Shown: piece after piece, positions 46,657-56,700 of the stretch
Layout: each line of letters begins with the position of its first letter
Position numbering within the stretch: the first letter of the stretch is position 1
DNA from: Vulcanimicrobiota bacterium
GTDB lineage: Bacteria; Vulcanimicrobiota; Xenobia; Xenobiales; JADMJV01
Direction: 5' to 3'
NCBI GenBank assembly: GCA_050250895.1
Contig: JBFWNU010000001.1
Span: forward strand, 2,916,891-2,980,890
DNA: 64,000 bases
Program-made: the position numbers and the translations under genes
Notes under the pieces: generated by a model
Told to the model about the DNA's origin: nothing
What the model saw: the letters and a program-made list of their open reading frames with translations, nothing else
Databases searched by the model: none

Positions 46657-47460
46657 CTAGCCAAAGACCAGAGCGATGGCCCGCGCCAGAGCGGTGCCGG
46701 CCAGACCCTCCGGGGCGATAGCCCGGGCGGCGCTGCGGGCCGCCTGGGTAGCGTGGGCCATGGCTACGCCAAAGCCGGCCCAGGCCAGCATGGGAGCGTC
46801 GTTGTCGCCGTCGCCGAAGGCGGCCACCTGGCCAGGCTCGATGCCCAGCTCGTCAGCAAGCAGACTAAGGCCCACGGCCTTGCTGACGCCGGGCGAGATG
46901 AACTCGAGACAGACCGGGTCGGTGGCATAGCAGTCGAGCCTTTGCAGAAAGCGACTTTGATGCCGTTGACTGGCTCGGGCAACCCGCTCGGGGTCTCCCA
47001 TCCACATCACCTTGTGCACTCCCGAGCAGTCGCTCAAAAGGTCGCTCACAATTCGATGGGGCTCGGCATTCATGGTCTGATCGCGATCAGTGAGGGGGCT
47101 GGTTTTATCCAGAAAGATGCCGGCATCGCGATAGTAGAGGACCGATAGGTCTTCGTGGCGGCCGACCTCGGTCAGTTCGACCACCAGCGCCTCGTCGACC
47201 AGCGTGGCCGCGCGCGGGCCCCCGTCGGCCTCGCGAACGACGGCGCCGTGCACCGAAACCAGCGCCGACGAGAGCCCCAGGGCTCGGTGGTAGGGCAACA
47301 TATTGGCGTGGCTTCGGCCCGAGGCCAGCACCACTTCCAGGCCGGCCGTCCGCAGCCGATTGACGGCCGCGACGTTCTCACGGCTCAGGCTGCCGTCGGG
47401 GCCCAGCAAGGTGCCGTCGATGTCGATGGCAGCCAGGCGAATGCTTGCGTTGTTGTTCAT
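46657..47460 (-). CDS. Cof-type HAD-superfamily hydrolase
   Basis: DIDGTL, ASGR, GDGDND; leaderless sigma70 promoter TTTACG-17-TATGAT. Confidence 0.92.
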   Translation of the reverse strand: MNNNASIRLAAIDIDGTLLGPDGSLSRENVAAVNRLRTAGLEVVLASGRSHANMLPYHRALGLSSALVSVHGAVVREADGGPRAATLVDEALVVELTEVGRHEDLSVLYYRDAGIFLDKTSPLTDRDQTMNAEPHRIVSDLLSDCSGVHKVMWMGDPERVARASQRHQSRFLQRLDCYATDPVCLEFISPGVSKAVGLSLLADELGIEPGQVAAFGDGDNDAPMLAWAGFGVAMAHATQAARSAARAIAPEGLAGTALARAIALVFG

Positions 47461-47530
47461 GGTTGCATCATAGCCGAGTTGACTGATTCCGTAAATTGAC
47501 AATTCGTCATCGGATTGATAACCTGCAGGA

Positions 47531-48397
47531 ATGGACCTGGGGCTGCTGCAATCCTTCGTCGCTCTGGCCGAGAACCGGCATTTCGGCCAGACGGCCGAGT
47601 CGCTCAATATCACCCAGCCGGCCCTGACCAAGCAGATGCAACGCCTGGAAGAGCGACTGGGCGGCTTGCTCATCGAGCGCGACACCCGCCATTTCGCTCT
47701 GACGCCCGCCGGTCGCGTGCTGCTCGAGTCGGCCAAAGCGCTGTTGCAGCAGGCCGAGCAAGCCAGCCAGCGAGTGAGCCTGGCCCTCGAGGGCAAAGCC
47801 GGACTCTTGCGAGTAGGCTTTGGCATCGCCAACCTGTCGGCCGGCCTGGGCGCTCTGTTGCGCGAGTTTCGCCTGGCCTATCCCGAGGTCGAGGTCGAAC
47901 TCCGGGACATGTCGACCCCCGCTCAACTCGAGGCCCTGGGTAACGAGGAGCTGGATGTCGGCTTCGTGCGCCTGCCGGTCACCCACCCCGGCCTGCGGGC
48001 CATTCCCTATCTCGAAGAACGGCTCATCATCGCCCACCCCGAGACCATCCCTTCGCAGGGCCTGGCCGGGTTTGCCCAGCGCCCCTTCGTGGCCACTCGC
48101 AAAGAGATCTCCACCACCTTTCGCGAGCATTTGCTGACCACTTGTCAGGCGGCCGGCTTCGTGCCCCGCATCGTCCAAGAAGCTTCTGAGGTGCTCACCA
48201 TTTTGCACCTGGTCGGAGCGGGCTTTGGAGTGGCCCTGGTCCCCCAGTCTTGCTCGGTGATGACGGTGCCTCACGTGGCCTATTCCGACACGGGACTGGC
48301 CGAAGCGTCCTGGTCGATTGGTCTGGTCTATCGCCAGGACGAGGCCAATCCGCTGGTGGAAAACTTTGTCGAGTTGGCCTTGCAGGTTCGGGCCTGA
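47531..48397 (+). CDS. LysR family transcriptional regulator
   Basis: HF..TAE.LNITQPALT..M.RLE HTH; divergent from the HAD gene. Confidence 0.93.
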   Translation: MDLGLLQSFVALAENRHFGQTAESLNITQPALTKQMQRLEERLGGLLIERDTRHFALTPAGRVLLESAKALLQQAEQASQRVSLALEGKAGLLRVGFGIANLSAGLGALLREFRLAYPEVEVELRDMSTPAQLEALGNEELDVGFVRLPVTHPGLRAIPYLEERLIIAHPETIPSQGLAGFAQRPFVATRKEISTTFREHLLTTCQAAGFVPRIVQEASEVLTILHLVGAGFGVALVPQSCSVMTVPHVAYSDTGLAEASWSIGLVYRQDEANPLVENFVELALQVRA

Positions 48398-48501
48398 CGG
48401 GAAGGACGAGGATTGGTTGAAGCCACCCGGGTCACTTCGACGTGCCAGGTCTGCTCCTGTCGAACGCTTGTCTCGACGGAAGTTTGCCACATCAGCCAGG
48501 C

Positions 48502-48600
48502 CTGACAGAATCTGTCAGAGTCGTTCGACAGGCCTACCCCTGCGGGGCGCCGAAGAGGCCGAGCCAGTCAGGGGGTAGTGCAAAGTGACAGGCGATGTCA
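48502..48600. promoter_or_regulatory. Two TGACA-N5-TGTCA palindromic operator-like boxes (48503-48517, 48586-48600)
   Basis: CTGACAGA-A-TCTGTCAG perfect palindrome; second box TGACA-GGCGA-TGTCA. Confidence 0.5.
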
Positions 48601-48684
48601 GCCCTATGTCCGGGTTGCAACACGTGTTGACTCGAAGGGCCCCTGAGCATCAGAAGCCCAAGATGGCTCGGCGGGAGAAAGCAC

Positions 48685-50961
48685 TTGGTCAGGACTCTCT
48701 ACAAAGACACGAACTACTCACTCGAGTATCTCGTCGAGGACCTCAAACGCGGCAACATCGCACTGCCAGACATTCAGAGGCCCTTTGTCTGGAAGCCCTC
48801 GAAGGCCAGAGACCTGCTCGACTCGATGTATCGCGGATTCCCCGTGGGCACTCTCATGTTTTGGGAGACAGGGATCGACGTCGGTGCGCGCCAGATTGGT
48901 TCTGGGGGCGCTGAACGAGTCGCTAGTCGCCTGATTGTCGATGGTCAACAACGGCTTACCTCGCTTTATGCGGTCCTGACTGGGCATCCCGTTTTGAACA
49001 AGTCGTTCGAGACGAAATGCATTCGAATTGCTTTCCACCCCGGGTCGGAAACCTTCGAGGTCACCGACGCCGCTATCGAGCAAAACCCCGAGTTCATCCC
49101 TGACATCACCGTTCTTTGGAGAGACGGCTTCCGGTCGACCGTTCGCAGCTATTTTGCCAACCTGGCTGGCAGCCGCGGGGCCGATTTGGACGAGGACGAA
49201 GAGGAAGAACTGGAAGAACGGATCGATCGAGTCTACGACCTTCGGAATTTCCGATTCCAGGTCATTGAATTGGCTTCCAGCGCGGACGAGCAGCAGGTGG
49301 CCGAGATCTTCGTTCGGATCAACTCCGAAGGTGTCAAGCTCAACCAGGCCGACTTTATCCTGACCTTGATGTCGGTCCATTGGGAAGAGGGGCGCAAAGA
49401 GCTCGAGCAGTTCTGCCGCGCGGCGGTATCCAGCAATGGGCGTGGTCCATCGCCACGCAACCCGTTCATCGATCCCGGGCCAGACCAACTTCTCCGCGCT
49501 GCGGTGGGGGTGGCATTCAGGCGAGCCCGCCTCCAGAACGTTTACAGTATCCTTCGCGGTAAAGACCTCGAAACGGGCGACTTTTCTGTGACGCTCCGAG
49601 ATCAACAATTCGAACGTCTGCGCGCGGCGCAGAAGGCGGTCCTCGATTTGACGAATTGGCATGAGTTTCAGAAGTGCTTGACCCACGCGGGCTTTAGAAG
49701 CCGCAGGATGTTGACCTCCGAGAATGCCTTGGTCTTTACCTACATTCTGTGGTTGATCGGGAGGCTAGACTTTGGAATAGAACTTCGAAAACTGCGTTCC
49801 ATCATGGCCCGGTGGTTCTTCATGGTGCACACCACCGGCCGCTACACCTCGTCGCCCGAGAGTCAGTTAGAATCCGACCTCCGGCGCATTTCCAACCTCG
49901 ATAGCTCTAACGCCGACGCGTTCGTGGAGGAGCTGGAGCGAATTATCGAGGCCAATTTCACTCGAGACTACTGGGATATCTCGTTCCCGAATCGGCTAGA
50001 CAGCTCCTCGGCCCGTTCGCCCGCCCTGTTCGCCTATTGGGCCGCGCTGCATCTGCTCGATGCAGAGCTGCTCTTCAGCGAGGTGCGCATGCGAGAGGTT
50101 TCTGACCCATCCGTGGTGGCGCCGCGTTCGGTCGAACGGCATCACCTGTTCCCGAAAGCCTACCTCGCCCAGCAAGGCTTGACGAAGACTTCGCAAGTCA
50201 ACGCCATCGCTAACATGGCCTTTCTTGACTGGCCCGAGAACATGGAGATCGGCGCTCAGAATCCAATGAGCTATTGGCCCGTGATGCGTGACAAGCTGGA
50301 TTCAGGGCGGATCGACAGACAAGCCGAATGGCACGCCTTGCCGGTAGGCTGGGAGCAACTGGACTATCCATCCTTCCTGGAAAAACGGCGCAAGCTGATC
50401 GCAAAGGTGGTGAGGAAGGGTTTTGAACAGCTAAGCGAACACGCGCACGCGACCACTCGTTCGGATCTGGAATCTGTGGTCGCAGCTGGAGAGTCCCAAA
50501 CGGTCGAGTTCAAATCGACGGCCCGCTGGAATCTGCGTGTCGGTCAGCAGGACAAGAAGATGGAGCACGTGATCGTCAAAACGGTCGGCGGTTTTCTGAA
50601 TGCAGAAGGGGGCACGCTTGTCATCGGAGTCGATGACGAGGGTCAGGTTCTCGGGCTTGAGAACGACTACAAGACGCTCGGCAGTAAGGCGAACAGAGAC
50701 GGATACGAGCTCTTTCTCAGGCAGCATCTAGACAACTTTCTATCTGTCCCGACGGCCAGGATTGTGCGTATACGGTTTGAGCAGCTGCAAGGCCTGGACG
50801 TGTGTGTAGTCTCGGTGGCTCCGTCGGCGCGACCGGTCTTTTCCAGGGCGCTCGAGGGGGGCAAGCAGCCCTCCGAATTCTGGGTACGCATCGGAAATGC
50901 CACCAAGCAGTTGCACGGCGAGGAAATGGTTCAATACCAGAAAGACCGTTGGGAAGCCTGA
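48685..50961 (+). CDS. GmrSD-type (DUF262 + HNH/DUF1524-like) restriction protein fused to a Schlafen/AlbA_2 domain
   Basis: LPDIQRPFVW, DGQQRLT, F.RINS.G; ERHHLFP...NAIAN; ESQTVEFKS...FLNAEGG.L.IGVDD. Confidence 0.85.
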   Translation: MVRTLYKDTNYSLEYLVEDLKRGNIALPDIQRPFVWKPSKARDLLDSMYRGFPVGTLMFWETGIDVGARQIGSGGAERVASRLIVDGQQRLTSLYAVLTGHPVLNKSFETKCIRIAFHPGSETFEVTDAAIEQNPEFIPDITVLWRDGFRSTVRSYFANLAGSRGADLDEDEEEELEERIDRVYDLRNFRFQVIELASSADEQQVAEIFVRINSEGVKLNQADFILTLMSVHWEEGRKELEQFCRAAVSSNGRGPSPRNPFIDPGPDQLLRAAVGVAFRRARLQNVYSILRGKDLETGDFSVTLRDQQFERLRAAQKAVLDLTNWHEFQKCLTHAGFRSRRMLTSENALVFTYILWLIGRLDFGIELRKLRSIMARWFFMVHTTGRYTSSPESQLESDLRRISNLDSSNADAFVEELERIIEANFTRDYWDISFPNRLDSSSARSPALFAYWAALHLLDAELLFSEVRMREVSDPSVVAPRSVERHHLFPKAYLAQQGLTKTSQVNAIANMAFLDWPENMEIGAQNPMSYWPVMRDKLDSGRIDRQAEWHALPVGWEQLDYPSFLEKRRKLIAKVVRKGFEQLSEHAHATTRSDLESVVAAGESQTVEFKSTARWNLRVGQQDKKMEHVIVKTVGGFLNAEGGTLVIGVDDEGQVLGLENDYKTLGSKANRDGYELFLRQHLDNFLSVPTARIVRIRFEQLQGLDVCVVSVAPSARPVFSRALEGGKQPSEFWVRIGNATKQLHGEEMVQYQKDRWEA

Positions 50962-50969
50962 TTGGCCCC

Positions 50970-51374
50970 TCATTCTTGTACCCGGTGCCTCTGTATGTCG
51001 ACGCTCAGCTCTCCTTCGCGGACCCCGAATAGTCCGGCGTAGCGCACCCGCTCGCCCGAGATATCGGCCCAATGGGTGGCATACTCCTCGATCTGACCGC
51101 CATATTCGGCGATCAGGTCGGCCACCTTCAGATGATCGGTCTTGTAGTCCACCAGTTGCCAGCCTTCGTTATCTCCCAGGGCAAGGTCGACAATGCCGAA
51201 GACCAGGGTCTCGCCGTCGCTCGAGCGCACGCCGAAGGGCACCTCGACCAGGCGGGTGTCGGCGGCCATGGCCCGGGACCAAAAGTCGGTGGTCATCACT
51301 TCGAACACGGTGTCGAGGGCCAGCGGTACCAACTCACGTAACTCGGGTTGTTCAAAGGTGAACCAGCGGGCCAT
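50970..51374 (-). pseudogene. Isolated C-terminal RecB/AddA-type PD-(D/E)XK nuclease fragment
   Basis: EVPF...GIVDL...VDYKT...Q.EEY; helicase part absent. Confidence 0.6.
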
Positions 51375-51777
51375 CCGCTCCAGGCTCTCGACGTGGTCAC
51401 GGTCAGGAGGCCGTCCCCAAGGAGAATTGTCCAGTGACGGTCTGTCAGGACAGATTCTGTCACAGGGGGCAATGATGGCCGGATCGCTCGACCCGGGCTC
51501 AGCTGCTTTGTCTGCGCCACTACGTGGCCGAGGGGCAGTCGGTGGCTCAGCTCTGGGCCGAACTCAGCGGAGCCTGTCACTACCACTCTTACCAGCTGCT
51601 TCCGACCCTGACCGAGTTGACTCGCTGGGTTGATGGCGTCGAGGCGCTACTACTCACTTTGGACCAGGAGGTAAGACGATGACACCCACTCTCGATTCGG
51701 TTCAGACCGCTCGCGTTCGTCTGGCGCTCCAATCGCGCTACCCGGGCTTGACCACACTCAAGGAACAGCGAGGCCAA

Positions 51778-52395
51778 TCAAGGTGTGAGTTGAGCGTCGA
51801 AATCTCTCGCTTGAGTGCAGACGGCCCCGACCTTCGGCCAGTTTGCAGAGATTTTGTCCTTGTGAGCGCGAAACCCACTCGCCTGATTCTTGAGCGCTCC
51901 GGCTGGCCAACCACAAGTTTCGGATTGAAGTTACTCGCGAGCCGGCGAAAGATGGCTTTGATGTCGGTTCGACACTCGACGCACTCTGCCGTGGCGTCGG
52001 GTCCATCGCAGCTCACCACTGGGGTCATCGGGGAAGAGCGCCACCAATGCCCAGGTTTCGCTTGCCATCGCAGGGATGCAGAGCAGGGTTTTAGGCGGCA
52101 TCTGCGTCTTGCCAAGCCAGGTCAAGACCAGCTTTCTCACGGCCTGGACGACATCTTTCGGGGGCGGGCAGGGAACAGGGTGATGGCCAGGCTCGGACTC
52201 CAGGCTGATGTCTGCATCGACTTGCAGGACCAGAAGATCGAAGTTGTTCAGCAAGGCTCCCCAACCGGCGCCGGCAGTCTCTTGTTGGCACCACAGGCGG
52301 ACCCCTTTCCAGCCGCCTCCTAAGGGCCCAGCGTGGCCACCAATGCTGCCGAGCGGTGGTTGAACGGCGACCGACTCGAGGGCGACCCTATACAT
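51778..52395 (-). pseudogene. Disrupted TOPRIM-like (DUF4276/RloB-like) partner of the AAA ATPase
   Basis: Coupled start MYRVAL; GGWKGVRLWC, VDAD, CIP...ETW; two frameshifts (~52020, ~51900) before a plausible ...NWPKV..VCTQARDF terminus; the expected EGxxD motif is missing. Confidence 0.55.
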
Positions 52396-53566
52396 CGGGC
52401 ACGCCGCCCAGGTGGCCGTTGACCCAGAGCCTGGAGACAGTCCAAACCTCTCCATTCCGCTGAAGCTCGTCCAGGCCGAGGCGAATTCTCCGAACGTTGG
52501 TCAACCCTCTCTGGGTGCGTCCAACCGTAAAGAGCCTCACCCTGTCGTCCTCCAGCGGAAGTCCATCCAGGACGAGAGGGTTATGAGAGGTCAGCAGAAC
52601 CTGTCTCTTCTTGGGGGCGTTGAGGATCCAACGACAAAAATGCTCGGTCAGGGCGCGGGCGAGTCGGGGGTTGAGGCCGTGGTCGAAGTTATCGATTGCG
52701 AAAATACGGGGGGCGTTGGGCAGGTTGGCCAGAGCCGCTACGAAGAGCACGTAAAGCGCGCCCTCGCTGGCATCATAACTGGTGAGCAGGTTGCGCCCCT
52801 CGGCCATGTATCGGTCCTCGAAGCAAAGAACCTTCCTGGCAGTGGGAACGCTTGGCGAGATCGGCACTCCCTGCCCGGCCTCCATGGTCCGATAGGCATC
52901 AGCCCACTCGATCAGACCGAAAATCTCCTCGACGGTATCGTGGCCATCCGGCAAGAGTTGGTCCAGTTGCTGAACGGCCTCTGCCAACCTTCCTCCAGAG
53001 AGCCCGACCGGGTCGCGCGGCTGGGTCTCTTGGACCAGACCGCGCAAGACACTGGTCGTCGGTGTATAGATCGCGTAATCCAGAAGTTCCCTGAGAAACA
53101 ATGACGCCGGCGACTCGGGTGCCAGTTCGACCGCCCTGAGGGCGGCAAGTCCGCGCTGAGGGTCCAGGGCCTCTGTGCTGGCTGGCGACCGCCCTACGAT
53201 CCTCTCGGCCCCCTGTGCGAGGCTTTCGGTCTTGAATTGCCAGGCCTGTTCCTTATCTGGCGGAGGCGGAAGAAGTTCGACAGAATACTCTGCACCCTCC
53301 CCGTCTGCCCCGAGCCGGATTGCGTTGCGCGACCTATCATTCCGGAAGGAGGACTTGAACAGGTTGGATGGCCCTGGGCGGACCCCACGGCGAAGAAGCG
53401 ACTCGTCGTCGACACGGCCGTTCGCACAGGCTCCAATCACCCCGGGCGCCTCGAGCAGGTTGCTTTTGCCGCTGCCGTTTGCACCAACGAAGACGTTGAC
53501 CTGGCCTAGCTCAAGGTCTGCCTCGAGGATTGACTTGAATGCCCTGATCGTCAGCCTCGTGATCAC
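52388..53566 (-). CDS. AAA_21/ABC-type ATPase (AbiEii/PARIS-like defence ATPase)
   Basis: IRAFKSI, GANGSGKSN, ASEG signature, IDNFDHGLNP, TSHNP; GTG start at 53566. Confidence 0.85.
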   Translation of the reverse strand: MITRLTIRAFKSILEADLELGQVNVFVGANGSGKSNLLEAPGVIGACANGRVDDESLLRRGVRPGPSNLFKSSFRNDRSRNAIRLGADGEGAEYSVELLPPPPDKEQAWQFKTESLAQGAERIVGRSPASTEALDPQRGLAALRAVELAPESPASLFLRELLDYAIYTPTTSVLRGLVQETQPRDPVGLSGGRLAEAVQQLDQLLPDGHDTVEEIFGLIEWADAYRTMEAGQGVPISPSVPTARKVLCFEDRYMAEGRNLLTSYDASEGALYVLFVAALANLPNAPRIFAIDNFDHGLNPRLARALTEHFCRWILNAPKKRQVLLTSHNPLVLDGLPLEDDRVRLFTVGRTQRGLTNVRRIRLGLDELQRNGEVWTVSRLWVNGHLGGVPDV

Positions 53567-53732
53567 TTGCGAAGCTTTGCGGTCGCTCCCGTATTCGCCT
53601 CCAACGACGAACGGATACTTGCCCGCGAGTCTTCGGAGAGGGGTTGAGCATCGAGCATCCGATGACAAGTCCTGGCGCGGAGGGACGGTAAAGTCGAACC
53701 AAGAACAAGAGCCTACGCAAGAAGGGGTTGTC

Positions 53733-56700
53733 TTGGGTAACACAACGCACGCAGCCACAAACTTTGGGTTTCTCGCCGAGCACGACCCGCTGTTGCTGCG
53801 CCTGACGCAGCAGGCGGAGCGGTACTTCGCCGAGGACCCGAACACATGCCTATTCAAGCTGCGCCAGTTCGCCGAGTATCTGCTGCCGCTGCTGGCGGCC
53901 CGCACGGGGGCGAAGGTTCGGCCGGACATGAGTTTTCACGACACGCTCCAGCTGCTGCGTCGCAATCGGGCTCTGCACGACCAGGCCCATCAAGCGTTCA
54001 ACACCCTGCGCAAAGCGGGTAACAAAGCGGCTCACGAGATGGCAGGTGACCACAGCGAGGCGCTGCAGATGCTCAAAGTGGCCCGGGCCCTGGCGGTCTA
54101 CTTTCATCAGACCGTGAAGGACCGGGGCTTCGCGCCGGCGCCTTTCCTGCCCCCACCCGACCCGAAGAGGCAGGCGGCCGAGGTCGCAGCGGAGTTGGCC
54201 GAGCTTAGGGCTGAGGTGGCTCGGGTGCTGCAGGCGAAGGCCGAAGCCGAAGCGGTGGCCCGCGAAGAGGCCCAGCGCCGGGCCGAGGCGGAGGCCAGTG
54301 TGCTGCTGGCGGCCCAAGAGAAGGCGCTGGCCGAGAGTCGAGCGGAAGAGACGGCCGAGCTGCTGGCGCAGGAGCAGGCTCGCCACGTGCAGGTGGTGGA
54401 AGAGCTGGCCACCCAGGCAGCCGAGGCTCCGGTGGAAGAGCTGGAGAAGATCAAGGCTCAGGCCAACAGCATCAACCTCGACCTTGACGAGGCGGCCACC
54501 CGGCGCCTGATCGATCAGCAACTGCGCGATGCGGGCTGGGAGGTGGATAGCCAGAAGCTGACCTGGAAGAAGGGCGTGCGACCGCAGAAGGGCAAGAGCC
54601 TGGCCGTCGCCGAGTGGCCCACCGACCATCCTGATGGCGGCAAGGGCTGGGCCGACTATGTGCTCTTTCTGGGGCTGACTCCGGTGGCCGTGGTGGAGGC
54701 CAAGCGAGCCAACAAAAACGTGGCCTCGGCCATCGGCCAGGCCAAGCGCTACAGCGAGGGGTTCCGGCTCGAGGGTGACCTGGTCGGGGCTGGAGGGCCG
54801 TGGGAGAAGTATCGCATCCCCTTTCTCTACTCGACCAATGGGCGTCCCTATCTGCTGCAATTGCAAGAGTTCAGCGGCATCCACTTTCTCGACGCGCGCA
54901 AGCCCACCAACCACTCGCGGGCTCTGCCCGCCTGGCACGCTCCCGAGGGGCTGCAGGCGATGCTGGCTCAAGACATCGACCAGGCCACGGCCGCACTCAA
55001 GCAGGAGAGTCTAGACTATCTGGGGCTGCGCTACTATCAGAATCACGCGATCCTGGCCGTCGAGGGCGCGTTGGCCGAGGGCAACCGCGAGATCTTGCTG
55101 GCCATGGCCACCGGCACCGGCAAGACGCGCACGGCCATCGGGCTACTCTATCGCCTGCTCAAGACCCGGCGCTTCAACCGCATTCTCTTTCTGGTCGACC
55201 GCACCTCGCTGGGTGAGCAGGCCCACAACGCCTTCAAAGACGTGACCATGGAGAACCTTCAGAAGTTCTCGGACATCTACGAGGTGAAGGGCCTGGGCGA
55301 CCTGGTGCCCGACCCGACCACCCGGGTGCACCTGGCCACCGTGCAGGCGATGGTCAAGCGCTGCCTCTATGCTGAAGACGATGTGCTCACGCCCGACAAA
55401 TACGACTGTATCATCGTCGACGAGTGCCATCGCGGCTACAACCTCGACCGCGAGATGTCCGAGGCCGAGCTCGAGTTTCGCAGCGAAGAAGACTACATCT
55501 CGATGTACCGCCGGGTGCTCGACCACTTCGACGCTGTGCGCATCGGCCTGACGGCCACCCCGGCTCTGCACACGACCCAGATTTTTGGCACGCCGGTCTA
55601 TCAGTATGGCTACCGCCAGGCCGTCATCGACGGCTTTCTGGTCGACCACGAGCCACCCGTCCAGATCGTCACCGGGCTGGCCGAAGACGGCATCAGCTGG
55701 CAGGCGGGCGAGCCGGTCGAAGTCTATGACGTCAAGCGCCAGAACATCGACCTGGTGCACATGGACGACGAGGTCAAGATCGAGGTCGAAGGGTTCAACA
55801 AGCGCGTCGTCACCGAGAACTTCAACAAGGCCGTGCTGGGCGAGCTAGCCAGGCACATCGACCCGGACCTCGACGGCAAGACGCTGATCTTCTGCGCCAC
55901 CGATCATCACGCCGACATGGTGGTGCGCCTGCTCAAGGCAGAGCTCGATCAGAGCTGCGGGCCCATCAACGACAATGCCATCCGCAAGATCACCGGAGCC
56001 GCCGACAAGCCGTCCGAACTGATTCGCCGCTTCAAGAACGAGAAGTATCCCAGCGTGGCCGTGACCGTCGACCTGCTCACGACCGGCATCGACGTGCCCG
56101 AGATTGTCAACCTGGTCTTCTTGCGCCGGGTGCGCAGTCGCATTCTCTACGACCAGATGGTGGGCCGAGCTACCCGCCTGTGCCCCGACATCGACAAGAA
56201 GGTCTTCTACATCTTCGACGCGGTGGGTCTGTACGCGGCCATGCAGGACTATACCGAGATGAAGCCGGTGGTCACCCAGCAGCACATCAGCTTCGAGCAG
56301 CTGGTGCGCGAAATCACCGAGGTTCCTGACCCGTTGGCCCGCCAGGAGTTTCTCGAGCAGCTCATCGCCAAGCTGCAGCGCAAGCGTTTTGACGACGAGG
56401 GCCGCCAGCAGTTCGAGACGTTGACCCAGATGACGGTGGCCGAGGTGCTCGACTTCTTTCGCAAGAACGAGGCTGACACGGTGGCCGGCTGGTTCACCCA
56501 GCACCCGACCCTGGTCAACCTGCTCGACAGCTCTACCGGTGGCGGAGCCAGGTTGCTGGTCTCCAATCACGACGACGAGGTGCGGCGGGTCGAGCGAGGC
56601 TATGGCCACAACAATCGTCGCCCCGGGGACTATCTCGAGGAGTTCAGCGATTTTCTCAAGAGCAACCTCAACGCCATCCCGGCTCTGACGGTGGTCACCC

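Noticed and set aside
48398-48684. tRNA/att site or integrase at the left border of the defence island
   Set aside because: No tRNA cloverleaf, integrase fragment or matching direct repeat was recognised.
53175-53732. N-terminal extension of HsdR (1317 aa), and similar extensions of hypF, hypE, the HAD gene and the AAA ATPase
   Set aside because: The extensions overlap neighbouring genes; family motifs and RBS or promoter evidence begin at the downstream starts.
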